A stretch of DNA of 34,022 nucleotides, taken from assembly GCA_965224485.1 (NCBI GenBank), contig CBDCZH010000004.1:1-34022 (forward strand). Reading direction: 5' to 3'. Positions 27,627 through 34,022 of this stretch are shown here, piece by piece. This DNA is from Arcobacteraceae bacterium (GTDB lineage: Bacteria > Campylobacterota > Campylobacteria > Campylobacterales > Arcobacteraceae). Under the pieces are notes generated by a model, which was not told the DNA's origin, made no database searches, and saw only the letters and a program-made list of their open reading frames with translations. The position numbers and the translations under genes are program-made. How positions within the stretch are numbered: the stretch's first letter is position 1; each line of letters begins with the position of its first letter.

Positions 27627-30359
27627 TTACTTAAGCTCTGCCCAATTGTTACCAACGTTCACAGAGACCAATAAAGGGACGTTTAAAGGGTATATCTTCT
27701 CCATTATATTTTTTATATCTTTTGTTATTTTTTCTAAGAATTCATTTTTAATTTCAAAAATAAGTTCATCATGGATTTGTAAAGGCATAGTTATGTTTAT
27801 ATCATCTTTATATTTATCATGAATTTCTATCATAGATAATTTTATTAAATCAGCAGCACTACCTTGAAATCTTGTATTTACAGCCTCCCTTAAATAAGAT
27901 GCTCTTAACATTGCAGGTGCTAAATCAAAATCAAATATTCTTCTTCTACCTATTAGAGTTGTAACATAACCATCTTGTAAAACATCATCTTCTATTGATT
28001 TTAAATAAGATTTAACAGTAGAAAATGCTTCAAAATATGATTCTATATAAACTTTTGCTTCTTTTGAAGGAATTCCTAAAGTTTCACCTAATTTTCTACT
28101 TCCCATTCCATATAATAAACCAAAATTAATTGATTTTGCTACATTTCTTTTCTCAAGGGCTAAATCTTGCCCAAAAATTTTAACAGCTGTTTGAGTATGA
28201 ATATCAAGACCTTCATTAAAAGCTTTTACTAAAGCTTCATCTTTTGAGAAATGAGCTAGCAAGCGAAGCTCAATTTGTGAATAATCAACTCCAACTAAAG
28301 AATAACCTTCTTTTGCGATAAATGCTCTTCTTATCTCTTTTCCTGCCTCTGATTTTACAGGTATATTTTGTAAGTTAGGATTTTTTGAACTTAATCTTCC
28401 TGTTGCTGTTCCTGTTTGTAAAAAAGAAGTATGAATTTTATTTTCACTATTTTCTAGGGCAAGTGTTAATAAAGGTTCTATATAAGTAGATTGTAATTTA
28501 AAAGCTTCCCTATAATCTAAAATCTTAGGAACAACTTCATGTTCTTTATATATTTTTTGTAAAACAGCTTCATTTGTACTATAACCTGTTTTTGTTTTCT
28601 TAGGAGGTTTAATACCTAGTTTATCAAATAAAATCTCACCTAACTGTTTTGGTGAGTTAATATTAAATACACTAGAACTAAGTTCATGTATTTTGCTTGT
28701 TAATTCTTTTAAATACTTAGCATTTTTCTCTTTTAACTCTTGTAATAAATTTACGTCTACTTTTATTCCATACTCTTGCATGGCTGAAATAATATAAATA
28801 AAATCAAACTCATATTTAAAAGCTAAGCTAAGTAAATTTTCACAATTTTGCTCTTTAAACTCTTCTTCTAGTTTAAAATATAGCTCTCTTGTAATATAAG
28901 CATCTTCAGCAGCATACTCACAAGCTTTTTCTAGATCAATTGATGAAAAGTCTTCACCTTTTTTTACTACATCTTTAAACGCTATCATTTTATGTTTAAA
29001 ATAAAGCATACTTACATAATCAAGTGCGATTTTACTTCCTGGATTTAATAACCAAGATAAAATCATAGTATCCGCATATACTGTTAATTTATAAGAAAAA
29101 TTAAATCGAATAACATCATAATCATATTTAAAGTTCTGGAAAATTAATTTATGTTTATCAAGAAGTTTTATAGCTTCAAGGGCATCAGTTTTATGTATTT
29201 GAGAAGGAACACCAAGATAAGAGTGATTTATTGGAACATAATAAGCTTTTTGTTTATCAAAACAGAAAGAAAAACCTACTATTTTTGCTTTTTTCACGTC
29301 TATATTTGTAGTTTCTGTATCAAAAGCAAGCAAAGCATCTTTTGGAATTGTTTTTATTATTTCAAATAACTCTTCTTTATTACTTAATAAAATTGTTTCA
29401 TAAGAAAGTTTTGATACTTCTACTTTAAGCTCAGGAATTATATTAATATCAGAAGTTGAATCTTTTGGTATATGTGTTTTATAATTTAAACCATATTGAT
29501 GAACTCTTTTAATGATTTTTTCCAAACCATAAGAAATCAAGGTATCTTCAATTTTTAAAATTGGATTTTCTTCCGGTAGATTAAATTCTTCAATATTATC
29601 AATAACATGACAATTAGTTCTAAGAGTTACTAAATCTTTTGAAATATAAGCTAACTCTTTATTTTCACTTAAAAGTTTAATCCATCTTGGTTTTTCTATA
29701 TTTTGTAAGTTTTCATAAATATTATCTAAGTTATCAAATTTTTCAATTAAGGCCTGAGCTGTTTTAGCTCCTACTCCTTTAACTCCTGGAACATTATCAG
29801 CAGAATCTCCAAGTAAAGATTGGTAATTTGTAAACTGAGAAGGTAAAACTCCATATTTTTCCATACAATGAGCTTCATTTAGAACTTGCTTTTTAATAGG
29901 GTCGAATAAAAAAACTTTGTCATCTTCTATTAGTTGGTATAAATCTTTATCATGAGATACTACTCGAACTCTTAAACCTTTTTTCTTTGCATCATGGGCT
30001 AAAGAAGCAATAATATCATCTGCTTCAAAACCACTTCTTATAGCTGTTTTAAAACCCATTTCTTCAATCCAAGCAATTGCTATTGGAAGCTGAGCCAATA
30101 AATCTTCTGGAACTTCTGATCTATTTGCTTTATATTCAGAATAAATATCATTTCTAAATGTTTTTCCCTTTGAATCAAGAGCAAACACTAAATAATCAGT
30201 TTGAAAATCTTTTCCTATATTTGCTACAAAGTTCATAAATCCTGTTAATAAACCAGTAGGAAAGCCATCTTTTGATTTTAAAGGTGGAAGAGCGTAATAA
30301 CTTCTAAACAAAAAGCCAAAGGTATCTATAATTGTTATTGTTTTATTTTCATAATTCAT
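27627..30359 (-). CDS. polA: DNA polymerase I
   Basis: 5'-3' exonuclease (FEADD, GDSADN.PGV.G.G.KTA), DTETT, DYSQIELR, K..NFG..YG, QIHDEL. Confidence 0.98.
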   Translation of the reverse strand: MNYENKTITIIDTFGFLFRSYYALPPLKSKDGFPTGLLTGFMNFVANIGKDFQTDYLVFALDSKGKTFRNDIYSEYKANRSEVPEDLLAQLPIAIAWIEEMGFKTAIRSGFEADDIIASLAHDAKKKGLRVRVVSHDKDLYQLIEDDKVFLFDPIKKQVLNEAHCMEKYGVLPSQFTNYQSLLGDSADNVPGVKGVGAKTAQALIEKFDNLDNIYENLQNIEKPRWIKLLSENKELAYISKDLVTLRTNCHVIDNIEEFNLPEENPILKIEDTLISYGLEKIIKRVHQYGLNYKTHIPKDSTSDINIIPELKVEVSKLSYETILLSNKEELFEIIKTIPKDALLAFDTETTNIDVKKAKIVGFSFCFDKQKAYYVPINHSYLGVPSQIHKTDALEAIKLLDKHKLIFQNFKYDYDVIRFNFSYKLTVYADTMILSWLLNPGSKIALDYVSMLYFKHKMIAFKDVVKKGEDFSSIDLEKACEYAAEDAYITRELYFKLEEEFKEQNCENLLSLAFKYEFDFIYIISAMQEYGIKVDVNLLQELKEKNAKYLKELTSKIHELSSSVFNINSPKQLGEILFDKLGIKPPKKTKTGYSTNEAVLQKIYKEHEVVPKILDYREAFKLQSTYIEPLLTLALENSENKIHTSFLQTGTATGRLSSKNPNLQNIPVKSEAGKEIRRAFIAKEGYSLVGVDYSQIELRLLAHFSKDEALVKAFNEGLDIHTQTAVKIFGQDLALEKRNVAKSINFGLLYGMGSRKLGETLGIPSKEAKVYIESYFEAFSTVKSYLKSIEDDVLQDGYVTTLIGRRRIFDFDLAPAMLRASYLREAVNTRFQGSAADLIKLSMIEIHDKYKDDINITMPLQIHDELIFEIKNEFLEKITKDIKNIMEKIYPLNVPLLVSVNVGNNWAELK

Positions 30360-30448
30360 AAAATATTTCCTAAATTTATATTGTAATTAATTTACTTGTA
30401 TTATAATATAAAGAGATAAATATAAGGTTATTATATAAAAGGATTTTA

Positions 30449-31171
30449 ATGATAATAATACCAGCAAGATTAAACTCAAGTAGATTTGCAAATAAAATTT
30501 TAGTTGATATTCTAGGTTTACCAATGGTTATACGAACTGCAAAACAAGTTTCATCTTTAGATGACGTTACTATTGCAACAGATAGCAAAGAAGTTATACT
30601 TTTAGCTAAAAAACACGGTATAAATGCTGTTTTAACCTCAAGTTCACATCAAAGTGGAACAGATAGAATAAATGAAGCTGCAAAAATTTTGAACTTAAGT
30701 GATGAGGACATTGTAATAAACGTGCAAGGAGATGAACCTTTTATTGAGCAAAATGTTGTACAAGCTGTTATAAATAGAACAAAAGAAGTTCAAGAAAAAA
30801 AAGAAGATATTATGATGGTATCTTGTTATAAGAAAATAAGCTCAGAACTTGCAGATGATTCTAATCATGTAAAAGTACTATTAAATGCAAATAATAATGC
30901 TACATATTTTTCAAGAAGCAAAATACCTTATCATAGAGATCATTATGAAAATTCATCATATAACGGACACTTAGGTATTTATGGTTTTAGCGTTAAAAGT
31001 TTAAAAGAATTTTGTTCTTTAAGTGAAGCTGCTACAGAACATATTGAAAAACTAGAACAATTAAGAGCAATATACCATGAAAAAAAGATTGCAATGGTTG
31101 AGGTTAACTCACAATCTTTTGGAATAGATACGCAAGAAGATTTAAATAATGCTATTAAAATATTTTCATAA
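30449..31171 (+). CDS. kdsB: CMP-KDO synthetase
   Basis: IIPAR..S.RF..K, SGTDR, NVQGDEP, EKLEQLR. Confidence 0.96.
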   Translation: MIIIPARLNSSRFANKILVDILGLPMVIRTAKQVSSLDDVTIATDSKEVILLAKKHGINAVLTSSSHQSGTDRINEAAKILNLSDEDIVINVQGDEPFIEQNVVQAVINRTKEVQEKKEDIMMVSCYKKISSELADDSNHVKVLLNANNNATYFSRSKIPYHRDHYENSSYNGHLGIYGFSVKSLKEFCSLSEAATEHIEKLEQLRAIYHEKKIAMVEVNSQSFGIDTQEDLNNAIKIFS

Positions 31172-31230
31172 AAACAAGTAAATACATAAAATAGTTATAA
31201 AAAAACTTAGATTTTAACTTTTAGAAAAAA

Positions 31231-31953
31231 CTAAAAGTTAAAATTTTCTCCTAAATAATGTTTCTTAACACTTTTATTCTCTTTTATTTCACTAGCAGTT
31301 CCAGAAGCTAATAAACTACCACTTTTCATTACATAAGCTCTATGACAAATTTCTAAAGTTTCTCTTACATTATGATCAGTAATTAAAACCCCTATTCCTC
31401 TATGAATTAATTGGTTTATAATATCTTGTATATCTTTTACAGCAATAGGGTCAACCCCTGCAAAAGGCTCATCAAGAAGTAAAAATTTTGGTTTAGAAAC
31501 TAAAGCTCTTGCTATTTCAGTTCTTCTTCTCTCTCCTCCTGATAAAGAAATACCTTTTCTTTGTCTTATTGGCTCAATATTAAATATTTCCAATAATTCT
31601 TCTACTACGATATGCTGTTCTTTTTTATCTTTTATTGCAACTTGTGCAGCTAAAAGAAGATTATCCTCAACACTTAATTCTTTAAAAATTGAAGATTCTT
31701 GAGGTAAGTAACCTATTCCTTTTAAAGCTCTTTTGTGTAAGGGTAAAGAAGTTATATTTACCTCATCAAAAAACACTTCTCCACTACTTGGTTTAATTAA
31801 TCCACAAACAATATAAAAAGTAGTAGTTTTACCAGCACCATTAGGTCCCAATAAACCTACTATTTCCCCTGATTTAACTTCTAGTGAGATATCATGTAAA
31901 ATTTCTGTTTTTTTAATACTTTTTTTAATATTTTCTATTCTTAATTTATGCAT
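31231..31953 (-). CDS. lptB: LPS export ABC ATPase
   Basis: [49 protein letters not shown]. Confidence 0.96.
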   Translation of the reverse strand: MHKLRIENIKKSIKKTEILHDISLEVKSGEIVGLLGPNGAGKTTTFYIVCGLIKPSSGEVFFDEVNITSLPLHKRALKGIGYLPQESSIFKELSVEDNLLLAAQVAIKDKKEQHIVVEELLEIFNIEPIRQRKGISLSGGERRRTEIARALVSKPKFLLLDEPFAGVDPIAVKDIQDIINQLIHRGIGVLITDHNVRETLEICHRAYVMKSGSLLASGTASEIKENKSVKKHYLGENFNF

Positions 31954-32359
31954 ATATCTTATATCGCCTTTTATTATCTAATTTTGTAATTTCAACCACA
32001 AGAAGTTCAAAACCATAAGAGTTTAATACATCTTCTAAGTTTTTCTCACCCCACTCTACAAAATGAACTCCTTGTTTTTCAAACTCTTCTAATAAACCAA
32101 GAGATACAAATTCACCTAGTGTTTTATTATATAAGTCATAATGATAAATTTCATCATTATAAGAAGTTTGTATTAAAAAAGTAGGAGAAGTAACTTCTTC
32201 TTGTATTCCTTGATGTTTAACATAATCTTTTACTAAGGTAGTTTTACCACTTGCTAAATCACCTCTTAATAAAACAATTATATCTTTTTTATTAATTAGT
32301 GAAAAAAGTTTTTTAGTGAAAGTATTTAAATCTTCTAGCGCTAAAGTACATTCAATCAA
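31946..32359 (-). CDS. tsaE: tRNA t6A biosynthesis ATPase
   Basis: [23 protein letters not shown]. Confidence 0.93.
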   Translation of the reverse strand: MIECTLALEDLNTFTKKLFSLINKKDIIVLLRGDLASGKTTLVKDYVKHQGIQEEVTSPTFLIQTSYNDEIYHYDLYNKTLGEFVSLGLLEEFEKQGVHFVEWGEKNLEDVLNSYGFELLVVEITKLDNKRRYKIYA

Positions 32360-32368
32360 AAAACAATC

Positions 32369-33352
32369 TTAACTTAAATTTTGAGATGCTGTTATTATCT
32401 CTTTTAACTTAGCTTTTGTTCTTCCTGATTGTATAGCATCTCTAGCTATTTCTATACCTTCTTTAAAATCTCTTGCTTTTTCATCAACAACTAAAGCAAC
32501 AGCAGTATTTAATAATACAACATCAAGTTTAGCCCCAGTAACCTTATTGTTTAAAATATCTTCTGTTATACCTGCATTAAAATTAGCATCAGAACCTAAT
32601 ATCTCACTCTTATTAGCTAAACTTAGACCTAAATCTTGTGGGTCTATTATAAAATCATTTATTTTTCCATTATATAAAGAGCTAGCATAAGTAATATCAC
32701 AAATTGATACTTCATCCATATCATCTTTTGAAGAAACAACTATTGCTCTTTTTGAATCTAATAAATCTAAAGCAGAAGTGATTTTGTTTATATACTCTTT
32801 ATTAAATACTCCAATTAACTGCTTAGAACAAGAAGCAGGATTTGATAAGGGTCCTAGGATATTAAAAATTGTTCTATGATTTATGCTTTTTCTAATAGGC
32901 ATAATATATTTCATAGCTGGATGATGGTTTTGTGCAAACATAAAACAAAAACCAGTATCTTCTAACATTTTTGCAAGACTGTCTATACTTATATTTAAAT
33001 TTAAACCTAAGGCTTCTAACATATCAGCTGAGCCTGATTTACTAGTAATTGATCTATTTCCATGTTTTGCTACATAAGAACCACAAGCACTTAATACTAG
33101 TGAAACTGTAGTTGAGATATTAAAAGAGTTTGACTTATCTCCCCCTGTTCCACAATTATCAATTAATTTTTCTTTTAAGTCATAATGAACAGGTAAAGCA
33201 ATAGCATGTTCTCTCATAGCAGAAGCAGCACCAGCTATTTCAGCAGAAGTCTCGCCTCTTTGATATAGTTCAATTAAGTATTCTCTTACTTCATTCGCAC
33301 TTAATCTATTTTCAAAAATATCATCAAATTTTAGTTTTGCTTTATTAAACAT
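32369..33352 (-). CDS. trpD: Anthranilate phosphoribosyltransferase
   Basis: DNCGTGGD, FNIST, KHGNRS..SKSGSAD, RTIFNILGPL.NP. Confidence 0.96.
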   Translation of the reverse strand: MFNKAKLKFDDIFENRLSANEVREYLIELYQRGETSAEIAGAASAMREHAIALPVHYDLKEKLIDNCGTGGDKSNSFNISTTVSLVLSACGSYVAKHGNRSITSKSGSADMLEALGLNLNISIDSLAKMLEDTGFCFMFAQNHHPAMKYIMPIRKSINHRTIFNILGPLSNPASCSKQLIGVFNKEYINKITSALDLLDSKRAIVVSSKDDMDEVSICDITYASSLYNGKINDFIIDPQDLGLSLANKSEILGSDANFNAGITEDILNNKVTGAKLDVVLLNTAVALVVDEKARDFKEGIEIARDAIQSGRTKAKLKEIITASQNLS

Positions 33353-33363
33353 ATTTTATCCTT

Positions 33364-33621
33364 TTACTGCGCTTCTTGTAAAGATTGCACATACTCGTCC
33401 ATTTTTGATCTAGGTGTTGATTTAGTACTAGGTATTTGTAATACTTTAAACCTATCACTTTTATCTAAATATTTAATTTCAATAACATCGCCTACTTTGA
33501 CTTCTTTTGCTTTTTTTACACTTATGTCATTTATAAAAACAACCTTATGTGCTAGCATGTCTTCAGCTACTGCTCTTCTTTTTGTTATATTAACTGCATT
33601 TAAAAATTTATCTATTCTCAT
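33364..33621 (-). CDS. S4-domain RNA-binding protein (Hsp15/RqcP-like)
   Basis: MRIDKFL.....KRR..A......K....VKVGD.I. Confidence 0.88.
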   Translation of the reverse strand: MRIDKFLNAVNITKRRAVAEDMLAHKVVFINDISVKKAKEVKVGDVIEIKYLDKSDRFKVLQIPSTKSTPRSKMDEYVQSLQEAQ

Positions 33622-33706
33622 AATTAAGATTATAGCTAAGTTTTGATAAAATATTTGTCTTAAAAATCATATGATTATAATAAATAAACGTTAATAGGGA
33701 AAAATA

Positions 33707-34022
33707 ATGAGCAAAAAAGAAGTTAAAAAAGTTGTTTTAGCTTATAGTGGTGGTTTAGATACTTCTATTATATTAAAATGGCTTCAAGATGAATATCATG
33801 CTGAGGTTATAACATTTACAGCTGATTTAGGTCAAGGTGAAGAAGTTGAACCTGCAAGATTAAAAGCACTTGCAATGGGAATTAAAGAAGAAAATATTTT
33901 TGTTTTAGATATTAAAGAAGAGTTTGTAAAAGATTACGTTTTCCCTATGTTTAGAGCTAATGCAATTTATGAAGGTGAATACTTATTAGGTACATCTATT
34001 GCACGTCCTTTAATTTCAAAAA
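33707..34022 (+). CDS. argG: Argininosuccinate synthase, N-terminal part (runs off the window)
   Basis: [20 protein letters not shown]...ADLGQ...[14 protein letters not shown]; not in the ORF track. Confidence 0.96.
   Translation, partial: MSKKEVKKVVLAYSGGLDTSIILKWLQDEYHAEVITFTADLGQGEEVEPARLKALAMGIKEENIFVLDIKEEFVKDYVFPMFRANAIYEGEYLLGTSIARPLISK

Overview
AT-rich chromosomal window from a Campylobacterota bacterium, most likely Arcobacteraceae (inferred from gene order and protein style). Bases ~11700-34022 are housekeeping: glyS, rsmG, ribA, hemB, a PAS kinase/response regulator pair, a split class III RNR (nrdD + a separate 49-aa glycyl-radical peptide + nrdG), argF, hemN, lgt, polA, kdsB, lptB, tsaE, trpD and partial argG. 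Bases ~2330-11610, following a partial dld and an ABC-F gene, form an accessory/defence island. It holds (i) an ~800-890 nt non-coding, branched fold-back element bounded by REP-like palindromes; (ii) a two-gene candidate anti-phage cassette (YejK/NA-37-like protein + apparent GapS4a-GapS4b fusion nuclease) bracketed by a 26-bp perfect direct repeat; (iii) a 5'-truncated IS110 transposase; and (iv) a run of toxin-antitoxin modules (MNT-HEPN, Phd-RelE, HicAB, an orphan antitoxin-like gene, Fic) separated by attC-like sites and a recurring GGGRCA-type motif. No integrase or HUH transposase is present in the window. All family assignments come from motif recognition by eye, not from database searches.
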